DNA of 47,406 nt from a virus (IMGVR_UViG_3300020363_000101:1-47406), one strand, 5' to 3'. Positions 1 to 8,999 are shown, counted from the first letter of the stretch. Translations and numbers: made by a program. Notes: generated by a model from the letters alone, not told the origin.

Positions 1-2
1 CA

Positions 3-539
3 GAATATTATAAAAACAAAGATGACCCAGAGGGGTTAGTCGTTCTTGTGAATGAATTCTTAGATGAGATGACAAATATTATATTGGCTAATGGTGGTAT
101 GGTCGATAAGTTTATGGGTGATTGTATTATGGCAGTATTTGGTGCACCACTTGATATGCCTAATCATGCTGAGATGGCTGTGAAGTCTGCTATTGAAATA
201 GAAGCAAAGACATTAGAACTAAAACAAAGATATAAGGATAGAGGCTTACCTGATATAAACGTAGGTACAGGTGTAAATACTGGACCAGCAATTATCGGTA
301 ATATGGGTAGCTCTACACGATTTGATTTTAGTGTAATAGGTGATGCTGTTAATCTAGCAGCAAGACTAGAAGCAACAGCAGGAAGGGGAGATTATAAACG
401 ATATCCAACTATATATTCCTCTATGACTTTAGATCAGTTACCTGATAATATGGTTACAAATTCTAAAAAGATTGGTGATATTAAAGTAAAGGGGAAAGAA
501 GACGTAATAACTATCTATGCCGCTCTTCCCTCTTCATAA
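3..539 (+). CDS. Class III adenylate/guanylate cyclase catalytic domain, 5'-truncated by the window edge
   Basis: Motifs GGMVDKFMGDCIMAVFGAP, INVGTGVNTG and FDFSVIGDAVNLAARLE. The frame is open from base 3 (EYYKNKDDPEGLVVLVNEF), so the true start lies upstream of the window. Confidence 0.92.
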   Translation, partial: EYYKNKDDPEGLVVLVNEFLDEMTNIILANGGMVDKFMGDCIMAVFGAPLDMPNHAEMAVKSAIEIEAKTLELKQRYKDRGLPDINVGTGVNTGPAIIGNMGSSTRFDFSVIGDAVNLAARLEATAGRGDYKRYPTIYSSMTLDQLPDNMVTNSKKIGDIKVKGKEDVITIYAALPSS

Positions 540-666
540 GATTCTTTAAACTCTTTACGAGATTCTTCTTCTTATTGGATCTATCATGACCCATCTCATG
601 TAACTTTTCTTTTGTATGTTTTAATTGAACTGCCTTACTAATATTCCTACTAGTTTTCTTTTGCAT
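511..666 (-). CDS. Small, very basic 51-aa protein not in the supplied ORF track
   Basis: ATG at 666 preceded by AAGGAG-CTCA (RBS overlapping the upstream stop). Translates MQKKTSRNISKAVQLKHTKEKLHEMGHDRSNKKKNLVKSLKNLMKREERHR, stop TAG at 511-513. Confidence 0.6.
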   Translation of the reverse strand: MQKKTSRNISKAVQLKHTKEKLHEMGHDRSNKKKNLVKSLKNLMKREERHR

Positions 667-674
667 TGAGCTCC

Positions 675-1121
675 TTAATCTTTACTTCTTCTTGCCGCAA
701 GCTCTGCCTTCATAGCGTCATACTTATCTTTCCTACGCTGATCTATAGCTGCTTGTTCTGCTTTCCTTCTTGCTCTTCGTTGTGCAGCCCATGGACCGAC
801 AACGTTAGTGAATATTAAAAATCCGATTACACCGTATAAAACGGTTTCTGTTAAATTTGCAAACATAAATGCCCTCAGTTGTTCTTCATTTCCAGCTTCT
901 ATCTCACTTATTTGTGGTTTGTCATCAGGTAATACTGAATCGACTGCTACTGATGTTGCTGCATTCACTGCCGCTGGAATAGGGCCTGCTACAACGTATG
1001 TGGCACCAGTAGTTGCCGCTGTTTTAATTAAATTCTTGGGATCTAATGCGTTGAATCCGCCTAACATACTACATCCACTTATAGAAAGGGCTAATGTGCC
1101 CGCTAATATTTTCTCAATCAT
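675..1121 (-). CDS. Putative lipoprotein/membrane protein
   Basis: N-terminal signal with lipobox-like LALSISGC, a second hydrophobic segment (VLYGVIGFLIFTNVVGPW) and a basic C-terminal tail; late promoter box 5 nt upstream of ATG. Confidence 0.65.
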   Translation of the reverse strand: MIEKILAGTLALSISGCSMLGGFNALDPKNLIKTAATTGATYVVAGPIPAAVNAATSVAVDSVLPDDKPQISEIEAGNEEQLRAFMFANLTETVLYGVIGFLIFTNVVGPWAAQRRARRKAEQAAIDQRRKDKYDAMKAELAARRSKD

Positions 1122-1126
1122 AACTG

Positions 1127-1134
1127 TATTTATA
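1127..1134 (-). promoter_or_regulatory. T4-type late promoter TATAAATA
   Basis: Exact TATAAATA on the minus strand in the short gap, 5 nt before the ATG at 1121. Confidence 0.7.
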
Positions 1135-1136
1135 CG

Positions 1137-1775
1137 TTATGTGTACTGTAAATGCATTATTATCTCTTCAACAGATTTCTCATGACATTGTACATTCATA
1201 ATTAACCAATAAGATGGATCAAATATACCAACATCAGGTGATGTTCCATTGAAAATATAGTGCATTTTAATCGTATCTACAAAATATAATCGACCTTCTT
1301 CCCATGTCATAATCTCATTATCTAATACAAAGTTAACACTTGGAGGATTACAGTTCTTTAAAGGCACGATTAATCGGCATGACCCTAATCCAAGAGCATC
1401 ACGATGAGGTGGAAAGTATCCACCAGGATTTAATTTAAGTATATGTGTTCTAAATAACCAAGGTTCGAATGGCTTTAATACTTCTTCGAAATACTGATAT
1501 GCTGGTGTCTTTACATTAAAATCATCTTCTCGATATGTTGTGTTATTCTCTCTATTATATTCTAATAATGAATCTAAGTCTGGAATACCACTCATCTCTC
1601 CATCAAGTGATGTTAATGATAATCCCCACCTATCGATATCTTTGCGTGGATTATATTTTACGTACTCGAATTGTTCCTCAGTAATAGCTACTTTTTGGTG
1701 AGGATTAGGCAATTGATATGTTAATGGATATTGTTTACCTAATAGAGCTAAATGCTCATAATTCATTCCATTCAT
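1137..1775 (-). CDS. Aspartyl/asparaginyl beta-hydroxylase-like 2OG-Fe(II) oxygenase
   Basis: HILKLNPGGYFPPHRD (HxD), RLIVPL, WEEGRLYFVDTIKMHYIFN (distal His). Confidence 0.8.
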   Translation of the reverse strand: MNGMNYEHLALLGKQYPLTYQLPNPHQKVAITEEQFEYVKYNPRKDIDRWGLSLTSLDGEMSGIPDLDSLLEYNRENNTTYREDDFNVKTPAYQYFEEVLKPFEPWLFRTHILKLNPGGYFPPHRDALGLGSCRLIVPLKNCNPPSVNFVLDNEIMTWEEGRLYFVDTIKMHYIFNGTSPDVGIFDPSYWLIMNVQCHEKSVEEIIMHLQYT

Positions 1776-2350
1776 TTTTTATGTAAAATTTCGTTTATAT
1801 CTCCAGTAAAAAATATATTTTGATAATTATCTTTTACGGTTTTTTCATTTCTCATTATATTAATTTTTGTTGGATGTACTTGCCACTCACTAAATATATC
1901 TGGTCTACCAGCCTTTAATCTTTCAAAAAACTTAGGTGACTTATCACGACTCCAATAAATTAACGGTTGATATAAATGTTTTAATGTATATTTTAATTCA
2001 TCAAAGTCATCAATTTTATCTAATAGCTTTGTACCATCCGTACGATATTTGTTAAATCCAAAATATCTTGAAAAGACTCTTATTGCATCACCATCATACT
2101 GAGCACCTGAAGCAAGCACAGGTTCGATACCGTCAAATACAAAATTGTATATAAACATCTCACCTAAATGTAGATTATGGTGACTATAATTTTCATCTAG
2201 TCTATCTCCACCTCTTTCCTTTTGCATTAAATTTAATGCATTATCACATAATGACATATCACGTTGAGATATTTCAAAATTAAATTTACGTTGATATATG
2301 TATGGTACTACCCTATATCCGCACGGTAGTGTTTCACTTTTTGGTATCAT
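1772..2350 (-). CDS. Hypothetical protein, possibly GNAT-like fold
   Basis: Coupled by 4-nt overlaps on both sides. PVLASGA...IRVFSRYF...LIYWSR is only loosely GNAT-like. Confidence 0.45.
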   Translation of the reverse strand: MIPKSETLPCGYRVVPYIYQRKFNFEISQRDMSLCDNALNLMQKERGGDRLDENYSHHNLHLGEMFIYNFVFDGIEPVLASGAQYDGDAIRVFSRYFGFNKYRTDGTKLLDKIDDFDELKYTLKHLYQPLIYWSRDKSPKFFERLKAGRPDIFSEWQVHPTKINIMRNEKTVKDNYQNIFFTGDINEILHKK

Positions 2351-3042
2351 AATCTCACATCTACTATTGTTCTACGACCTCCAAATATCGGTACATCTAT
2401 ATTATAATATTTTGTATGGAAGCAATCATATTTGTACAACTGATCTTCAATTGTATTTAATTCTAAATCATCTCTCCAACATTGTTCATGCTGTTCTTTC
2501 TTTGGCTCTTGTATAATAGCACCATAAGCATTATAGAATTTGTGTAAGCTAGTGAATAATTCTAAATGATGTTCTGGTTCATATAGTAAAACTCCTGACC
2601 ATATTATACAATCAACATCAAAGCCTACAGATAATCTATCACGAAATGATCCGATAGCATATTCTATGTTAGGAAACTCTTGCCATGTTTCTTGACCATA
2701 TTTAATAGGTTCTGGTGATGTATCAAATCCAAAGTATTCATAATCAGTATATCCTCTATAATATAATATCTCATTGATTGGACCATGTCTACAACCTACA
2801 TCAACTATACCTTGATAATCATGCTCCATAATAATATCAGCTTGTTTTTCAAATATAGGTAAAGCTTCTGGAGTATCTAAGTAGTCCATACTATACATAC
2901 GATATTCTTCTTGCAATGGAACCTTGTCAAATTCACCTTGGGGTAACCTTGGCCAAGGTACTCCGTTTACATAATGTGTATCACGAAAATCATATTTTGC
3001 TGGGTTAGGTAAGTGTTTTCTCGGCATGTTTTTTAAAGTCAT
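2347..3042 (-). CDS. Class I SAM-dependent methyltransferase
   Basis: Motif I IVDVGCRHG, motif II YFGFDTS, DCIIWSGVLLY. The start could be 3027. Confidence 0.8.
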   Translation of the reverse strand: MTLKNMPRKHLPNPAKYDFRDTHYVNGVPWPRLPQGEFDKVPLQEEYRMYSMDYLDTPEALPIFEKQADIIMEHDYQGIVDVGCRHGPINEILYYRGYTDYEYFGFDTSPEPIKYGQETWQEFPNIEYAIGSFRDRLSVGFDVDCIIWSGVLLYEPEHHLELFTSLHKFYNAYGAIIQEPKKEQHEQCWRDDLELNTIEDQLYKYDCFHTKYYNIDVPIFGGRRTIVDVRL

Positions 3043-3679
3043 AATAATTTTTATTTATACCTCTCCACGCAACACAAAATATTGCTCGAGGTGCTTCAAC
3101 TACTTGTACGTCATGTAGATATTTAGTATTTAATAGTACTGGTTTGTCTACTAATATTTCTCCCATTGATACAGGTTTATATTGGTCTTGTAACATATTC
3201 CAATGTTTTTGCCCATGCCTGAATTCTAATTGATTCTGGACAGTGACATATATTCCTATCTTTGCTTTACCAAACATAGGTAATAATAAATTAAATTGAT
3301 TACCTTCTCTCTCATCAAAATCTATATGAGGTGGTACACCTGAAGTAAGAGTACCATTTAAATTAAATCCAGTTCCATGTTCGCACATACCCATATGAAC
3401 TCCACTCATAATTGTAAGTATATGTTCCCACTGTCTATAATAATCTGGGTTATCACGAAGGATATGAGACTCAGTTCCACATTCAATATAATCTCTACCT
3501 TCTATACCACGAGCTTCGTTGTGTTTACGTATAAGATAATCCTTGTCGTAATCAACATTAATATATTCTACAACTCCTTTAATCATTCCACTTTCCTTTT
3601 TATTGTGTGAACTTAAAGACCATCCACCTTTGAATATTGGATGATCTTCAGGTAAAGTTTTTTCTGTCACTTTTCCCAT
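3005..3679 (-). CDS. 2OG-Fe(II)/cupin-fold oxygenase (AspH-like)
   Basis: VPPHIDFD (HxD), FNLLLPM, PVLLNTKYLHDVQV, PRAIFCV. The start may be the internal MIKG. Confidence 0.65.
   Translation of the reverse strand: MGKVTEKTLPEDHPIFKGGWSLSSHNKKESGMIKGVVEYINVDYDKDYLIRKHNEARGIEGRDYIECGTESHILRDNPDYYRQWEHILTIMSGVHMGMCEHGTGFNLNGTLTSGVPPHIDFDEREGNQFNLLLPMFGKAKIGIYVTVQNQLEFRHGQKHWNMLQDQYKPVSMGEILVDKPVLLNTKYLHDVQVVEAPRAIFCVAWRGINKNYYDFKKHAEKTLT
3052..3059 (-). promoter_or_regulatory. Internal T4-type late promoter TATAAATA
   Basis: Exact box 9 nt upstream of the methyltransferase ATG at 3042, inside the preceding gene's 3' end. Confidence 0.5.
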
Positions 3680-4314
3680 TTTTTATCCCATTCTTTATAT
3701 TGTTCTACCCATTTTTGTGGTCTATCTTTCATGTCAGGTTTTCTTTCTTTCGGTTCATTTAACCAATAATTATTATGGTCAAATATTTCAATACATACAT
3801 CTTTGACCCATTCATAATTACCAGGCACACATTCTTTCCAGCCATTATTCAAACAAAAGGTATCATAAACTATACCACCCATTTTCTCTATTAAATGTCT
3901 TGTCATATCAAAATGTCTATAACCAGCATTTTTTGTTACAGGTGTAAATGTTATTACATAGATAGGCTTATTTGAGAATGGACCATCTTGACCAAGATCA
4001 GCATTAAAGTTAGTTGCACATATAATCCAATCCATTGCATTTTTAAATCCGGCAGAATAATGAGCAGTAGCTTCAGGTATTGCAAACACTAGAATTTCTG
4101 CATCTTTAATGACCTTTAAAAAATTATGTACACGAGCTAAGACTTTACCATCAGCACTATTTTTATTACAAATAGGCATATTAAAATCTGTCATGTCATA
4201 CACGTAATCAAGCCCCATTAATCCTAGGCCTCGTGTATTCATTGAATTTTCTGCGTAACTAAAGGATATTCCTGTAATCACTTGCAATTCTCCATAATAC
4301 CCTTTTATTATCAT
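3667..4314 (-). CDS. NAD(P)H-dependent FMN reductase (flavodoxin-like fold)
   Basis: ITGISFSYAENSMN, AEILVFAIPEATAHYSAGFKNAMDW and NKP match the SsuE/ChrR-type pattern. The true start is probably the GTG of VITG, after GGAG. Confidence 0.8.
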   Translation of the reverse strand: MIIKGYYGELQVITGISFSYAENSMNTRGLGLMGLDYVYDMTDFNMPICNKNSADGKVLARVHNFLKVIKDAEILVFAIPEATAHYSAGFKNAMDWIICATNFNADLGQDGPFSNKPIYVITFTPVTKNAGYRHFDMTRHLIEKMGGIVYDTFCLNNGWKECVPGNYEWVKDVCIEIFDHNNYWLNEPKERKPDMKDRPQKWVEQYKEWDKKWEK

Positions 4315-5071
4315 ACACAGGGCTACGTCTATGTAATGAGGTGAATTGATCCATTAACACTAAATCACCTTTGTGAAATACGTGATGGGTTTGATATTTA
4401 CTTTTAAATATATGTCCCTTTAAATCTTTAATCATTTGATTATGATCTATAGATTTCTTTGCTCCACCGGCACAAGCCATGCGATGCCAAGCTTTCTCTA
4501 TAAAATGATATGGGAAATAAAAGTATTCTTGACCAGTATGTGGGTGCTTACCTACTAGCTTGCGTATAGAACCTTTACTCGCTTCCATAAATTCTAATTC
4601 AGGGTCACCTTCTTCTAAATTATATATTGTATTATTTTTAAATTTTAATTTAATTGTTACACCACGATAATAATTCTTTTGATCTTCTGTTAAATCTTGA
4701 AAGGGCTTTGTTGTATTACATATAGATAAAGTTGTATTTACATCTTCCTCAACACAATATAACCCAATAAGAATATGTTCTACATTGTGTCTTGAATTAC
4801 CATTCGAATGCCAACCTAATTCACCTTCACCAAACATACCAAGCTTCTTGCCGTGTTTATCTTTTTTACCGGTAACAATAAAGATCTCTGGATTTTTCTT
4901 AGGATTCATAAACTGGCCGGGTGCTTCACAATCACCAAATCTTTTCAATAGTTCTACGTATTGACTAGCGTTTAGATCTTGTTCATGGTAAATTGAATGA
5001 CCCCTTACTTGAGTCATTGTGGCTTCCCATGCTAGTTGTTCATCATCAAAATTTAATATTTGAGTAGTCAA
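4259..5071 (-). CDS. TauD/TfdA-family dioxygenase (HxN variant)
   Basis: LGWHSNG, LVGKHPHTGQEYFY, GDLVLMDQFTSLHRR, RVLWR. Confidence 0.8.
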   Translation of the reverse strand: MTTQILNFDDEQLAWEATMTQVRGHSIYHEQDLNASQYVELLKRFGDCEAPGQFMNPKKNPEIFIVTGKKDKHGKKLGMFGEGELGWHSNGNSRHNVEHILIGLYCVEEDVNTTLSICNTTKPFQDLTEDQKNYYRGVTIKLKFKNNTIYNLEEGDPELEFMEASKGSIRKLVGKHPHTGQEYFYFPYHFIEKAWHRMACAGGAKKSIDHNQMIKDLKGHIFKSKYQTHHVFHKGDLVLMDQFTSLHRRSPVYDNKRVLWRIASDYRNIL

Positions 5072-5897
5072 ATGCAGTTCTCCATAACATTCTATCCATA
5101 AATCTAATAGGTGATCTTCTATGAATCGTATGTAATTGGTCCATAATCAATATATCGCCTCTTCTAAATACATGATGTTGCATGTATTTTGATTTGAATA
5201 ATACATCCCACAATTCATCATATAATGCTTGTACTTCTTCTTCGCTAAGTTCTACACCGTTCTTATATGCACCAACCATAAACGGTACGCAGAAATATAA
5301 GTATTCTCTACCATCAACATGATGTTTACTTACGAGAGGTCTTCTATCAACCTCTTCGTCATAATACCAAGCACCGGTATTTATTTCATGCTCAGGTGAT
5401 TTTTCATCATCAGTATCATTACCTACAATGCTATAAATACCGTCTTCAACATAATCAAGCTTAATATCAAACTGCCTAAAATATTCTTTTCTTTCTTCAG
5501 GTAAATCTGCAAAGCAATCTACTTGGCTACATATTGAAAATACTGTGTCTACGCATTCCTCTACACAATATAGAGATACTATACAATCTTCAAATTGATG
5601 TCGAGCCGATCCGTTTTGATGCCATTGTAATTCATCTTTACCAAACATACCGATTCTTTTACCGTCCGCATCCCTTTGCCCAGATACGATACTAATTTCT
5701 CTTGCATCTTCGGGGTTCATAAAATACTCATTACGATCCATTTTACCCCATCGTTTACAAAAATCAATATGTTCTTGCTTTGTTAACTTTTGTTCATGTA
5801 ATACTACATGTCCTTTTGTTACTACTTGGCGTGCTAAATCTCTGATCTCACTATCAGTATAATCTAATAGTGGTTTTAAACTTTTTATATAGTTCAT
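5046..5897 (-). CDS. TauD/TfdA-family dioxygenase (HxN variant)
   Basis: LQWHQNG, PLVSKHHVDGREYLY, GDILIMDQLHTIHRR, RMLWR; clear paralog of the adjacent gene. Confidence 0.8.
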   Translation of the reverse strand: MNYIKSLKPLLDYTDSEIRDLARQVVTKGHVVLHEQKLTKQEHIDFCKRWGKMDRNEYFMNPEDAREISIVSGQRDADGKRIGMFGKDELQWHQNGSARHQFEDCIVSLYCVEECVDTVFSICSQVDCFADLPEERKEYFRQFDIKLDYVEDGIYSIVGNDTDDEKSPEHEINTGAWYYDEEVDRRPLVSKHHVDGREYLYFCVPFMVGAYKNGVELSEEEVQALYDELWDVLFKSKYMQHHVFRRGDILIMDQLHTIHRRSPIRFMDRMLWRTAFDYSNIKF

Positions 5898-6529
5898 AAT
5901 CTAATATCTGTAATATCATCTTGTCCATCTAAACTAAACATAAAGGCTATGCGTGGTTCATCACTTTCATTGAATACACCATGAGCAAAGCCAGTATTAA
6001 AGAAATATGCTTTACCTGCTTCTAAGTGTGTTTCAACTTCTTCGCCTCTCACCTTAAATCTATTTTTAACCTTAGGATTTGTATATACCGGTATAACTAC
6101 TCGAGTTGCATAAGTTGGATCATAATCAATATGCATTGGTACATCAGTATGAGGATCTAATTTAGTAATGCGAATTCTCATCTTATCACATTTAAATTGA
6201 TTACATATCTCTTCGAAATAACTTCCTATATATTTTTCGTTAGGCTTATTATATAGTTTCTCTTCACCCCTTCTTAATCTTTCTTTTATATTATCTGTAT
6301 ATTCTAATTCTTTTTCACCACCGAATTCTGTTAGATTTACTTGTTCAAAGTTATCATACACAGATTTACTCAATGCCATATGATTATCACATAACATTTT
6401 GTTAGCAGTCTTTACATCAACATACTCATTAGCTAACTTATCAGTAGCCTCTTGAAGCTTATCAAGATCTATATTGATATGCTTTAACTCACCGTGAGTA
6501 GGTAGTTTGTATTTTGTTCTTGGTTTCAT
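5894..6529 (-). CDS. Aspartyl/asparaginyl beta-hydroxylase-like 2OG-Fe(II) oxygenase
   Basis: RIRITKLDPHTDVPMHIDYD, RVVIPVYTN, HLEAGKAYFFNTGFAHGVFN, PRIAF. Start moved to the ATG at 6529 because a TATAAATA box sits 5 nt upstream of it. Confidence 0.82.
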   Translation of the reverse strand: MKPRTKYKLPTHGELKHINIDLDKLQEATDKLANEYVDVKTANKMLCDNHMALSKSVYDNFEQVNLTEFGGEKELEYTDNIKERLRRGEEKLYNKPNEKYIGSYFEEICNQFKCDKMRIRITKLDPHTDVPMHIDYDPTYATRVVIPVYTNPKVKNRFKVRGEEVETHLEAGKAYFFNTGFAHGVFNESDEPRIAFMFSLDGQDDITDIRL

Positions 6530-6534
6530 ATACT

Positions 6535-6542
6535 TATTTATA
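6535..6542 (-). promoter_or_regulatory. T4-type late promoter TATAAATA
   Basis: Exact box between the TauD stop (6546) and the ATG at 6529. Confidence 0.65.
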
Positions 6543-6545
6543 TGG

Positions 6546-7475
6546 CTATACAACATAATCGTGGTGTTTCCTTAAGTGTGATTTATACCATGTAGCAGTT
6601 CTTAATAATGTACGCGGTTTATCTTTTAATATATCTGGTCTTCTATGTATTCCAGTTACATTATCAAATAAACATATATCACCTTCCTGCCATTTGTGTT
6701 TATATATAAACTTGTCATTACAAACATAATCTTCCCATAACTCATCGAATAATTCTTTTGAATGTTCGTAAGGTTTACCATCTTTTAAAAATCCATGTAC
6801 TTCATATGGACTAAAGAACAAACCTTCAGGGCCCACTGGGTGATTAGCTACAAATTTATGATTATTCATTATACCACGAGATGCACCAAACTTATGTTTA
6901 TTCTCAGGCTCCATATTTAAACAATTAACTATCTCGCGGGTATCTCTATTCTTTTGAATTTCTTTTAAGACTTGTTCACCATATATCTCACCAAACTTTG
7001 GTTGCCAAGCTTCTTTTATTAAACCTAATGTTCTTTTCGGATCGTGTACAACCGTAAGCTGTCTTAATAAATCTTTCTTATGTTCATGCAAATGTTTGAA
7101 ATAATTCATTGAATTAAGAAACCACGTTTCAGTATCATATGTGATTGTCTTTGCGTATAACCCTATGACTTCCTCTGCATCAGCAACTGGTGTCATGTTT
7201 GTATGCCAATCTAATTCATAATCACCAAATAATCCTTGGTTCCTTTCATCCATCATCTCATTAGTTACTGTCCAAAACAGATCTGAATGTTCTTTATCAG
7301 TACACCATATTTCTGGACTCAAGTGATAACCTAAACCTAATGACCACTCAGCATATTCTTCAGGTGTTGCACCACTATCACGTATAACAACCACTCCAGC
7401 ATGAGCAACCATTCTTGCTATATTATCTGGATCTAAATCTTCTAATGGAATTTCTAAATAAGTTGGTACTACCAT
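6546..7475 (-). CDS. TauD/TfdA-family dioxygenase (HxN variant)
   Basis: AHAGVVVIR, LDWHTNM, ETWFLN, HKWQEGDICLFDNVTGIHRR, RTLLR. Confidence 0.8.
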   Translation of the reverse strand: MVVPTYLEIPLEDLDPDNIARMVAHAGVVVIRDSGATPEEYAEWSLGLGYHLSPEIWCTDKEHSDLFWTVTNEMMDERNQGLFGDYELDWHTNMTPVADAEEVIGLYAKTITYDTETWFLNSMNYFKHLHEHKKDLLRQLTVVHDPKRTLGLIKEAWQPKFGEIYGEQVLKEIQKNRDTREIVNCLNMEPENKHKFGASRGIMNNHKFVANHPVGPEGLFFSPYEVHGFLKDGKPYEHSKELFDELWEDYVCNDKFIYKHKWQEGDICLFDNVTGIHRRPDILKDKPRTLLRTATWYKSHLRKHHDYVV

Positions 7476-8296
7476 TGTGTTAGCGGGGTTAAGCAGAGCC
7501 TTGCTCCTGGGTTATCATGCATTCGTCTTCTCCTTTTATAATATGGGTCACCTGATACAGCAAGAAAAAAACAATCAGATGGTAGTAAACTATATTCTTG
7601 ACATAATTTTAATTGTGTTTCTCTATGTATATGAAACATTTCATCAACAGTAAAGTTACTCATAATAAGATCCATTGTCTTTACAGATGCGTAATTCCAA
7701 TTTTCAAATTGTTTTAATAAGTGTAATGATTTATGAGGTTTCTTTGTATAGACTAAACCTAATCTATTGCCTACCATACCAAATCCTTTTGAGAAGCTAA
7801 ACATCACTTGTTCAGTATTTTTTGGTATATGTATTCTTTGTATGGATGTGCTAGATATATATGTACAGTCTAATATAACAGGACAATTAACTTCTACATC
7901 TCTAAAATTGCCATCACCAGCAAATGGATTAGATAGGTATAATACTTTGTGGGGATCTATAAAATATGAGTGATCTATTTCTGTACCAGCATCGATAACA
8001 TTAGGATATTCATAATCACCTTTAATATATTGCCATTGACGATCTTCTGTTTGTAACCAATGATGAATTGCATCTGTTGTGCCATTTGTAACATAGCAAT
8101 ATGGAAAATCACTTAAGTCGGTAATCTCATGAACCCAGTTTCGGTGTGTTGCCTCAACCCATTCTAATTCTTGGGTGGCTTTACCTGATCCACGTTGATA
8201 ATAAGTATCGGATATGCGTTGTTCTTTCAGAAGATGCCAAACATCTTCAGTCATAGGAACATCAACCCATTTATTGTTTCTTAATTCTTTTTCCAA
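7469..8296 (-). CDS. PLP-dependent fold-type I enzyme (class I/II aminotransferase-like, short)
   Basis: YVTNGTTDAI, YLSNP, ILDCTY, FSFSKGFGMVGNRLG (SxSK Schiff-base Lys and GxRxG). Confidence 0.78.
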   Translation of the reverse strand: MEKELRNNKWVDVPMTEDVWHLLKEQRISDTYYQRGSGKATQELEWVEATHRNWVHEITDLSDFPYCYVTNGTTDAIHHWLQTEDRQWQYIKGDYEYPNVIDAGTEIDHSYFIDPHKVLYLSNPFAGDGNFRDVEVNCPVILDCTYISSTSIQRIHIPKNTEQVMFSFSKGFGMVGNRLGLVYTKKPHKSLHLLKQFENWNYASVKTMDLIMSNFTVDEMFHIHRETQLKLCQEYSLLPSDCFFLAVSGDPYYKRRRRMHDNPGARLCLTPLTQW

Positions 8297-8922
8297 AATC
8301 TATTCGCCAAATGTCCACCTAAATCGTATTTACCTAATATCAATCTACGTGGCTCTTCATGATGTACTTTGTGATAACCATCACCGCCTAAAATCCAATT
8401 CATCCATGGTCCGTCTGTCGGGCCATTCCAATGACCAAATATATTTAACATACCAAATCCAACCTTAGCAAATACATAAGGCATAAAGGCTGCACCCCAC
8501 CAGAAGTAAGGTGATATGGCCATACATACAGCCCAATATAACCATAAGAATGTATCCCAATTCTCATGAGCCCATACAAGTCTTGGGTTATTATATAAAT
8601 CTTTTGCAAACCTTACTGGTATATGTGGTAACTTCCATGTTGTTAATGCCACTTTCCAGTAACCTATTTGTTTAGCGTCATGTGGATCTAATGGTCCTTC
8701 AAGATCTGCATGGTGCATTCTGTGACTTGCTATCCAACCAATAGGTGTACGAACACAAGCAATCATAATAAGTATTATGAAGCCCCATTCGTGTGCTACA
8801 GATGTTCTAAATTGTCCGTGAGCAAAATACCTGTGTAATCCTACAGATACAGCATAGTGTGTGACTACCTGACACCATAGAAATCCCAATCCTGTTGCCC
8901 ATAAAAATAATTCCCAGTTCAT
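8281..8922 (-). CDS. Membrane acyl-lipid/acyl-CoA desaturase (delta-9-like)
   Basis: Three His boxes (HRYFAH, HRMHH, HKVHH) plus NIFGH and hydrophobic spans. ATG at 8922; alternative TTG at 8931. Confidence 0.88.
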   Translation of the reverse strand: MNWELFLWATGLGFLWCQVVTHYAVSVGLHRYFAHGQFRTSVAHEWGFIILIMIACVRTPIGWIASHRMHHADLEGPLDPHDAKQIGYWKVALTTWKLPHIPVRFAKDLYNNPRLVWAHENWDTFLWLYWAVCMAISPYFWWGAAFMPYVFAKVGFGMLNIFGHWNGPTDGPWMNWILGGDGYHKVHHEEPRRLILGKYDLGGHLANRFWKKN

Positions 8923-8951
8923 ATTTGTCAAGTTAATTATAAATTATATAC

Positions 8952-8972
8952 CTATTTATACATTATAAATAG
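8952..8972. promoter_or_regulatory. Back-to-back divergent T4-type late promoters
   Basis: CTATTTATA-CAT-TATAAATAG: TATAAATA on minus (8953-8960) and on plus (8964-8971) in the only divergent gap of the island. Confidence 0.8.
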
Positions 8973-8999
8973 AACTATAATTGAATTTATTGAGAAGAT

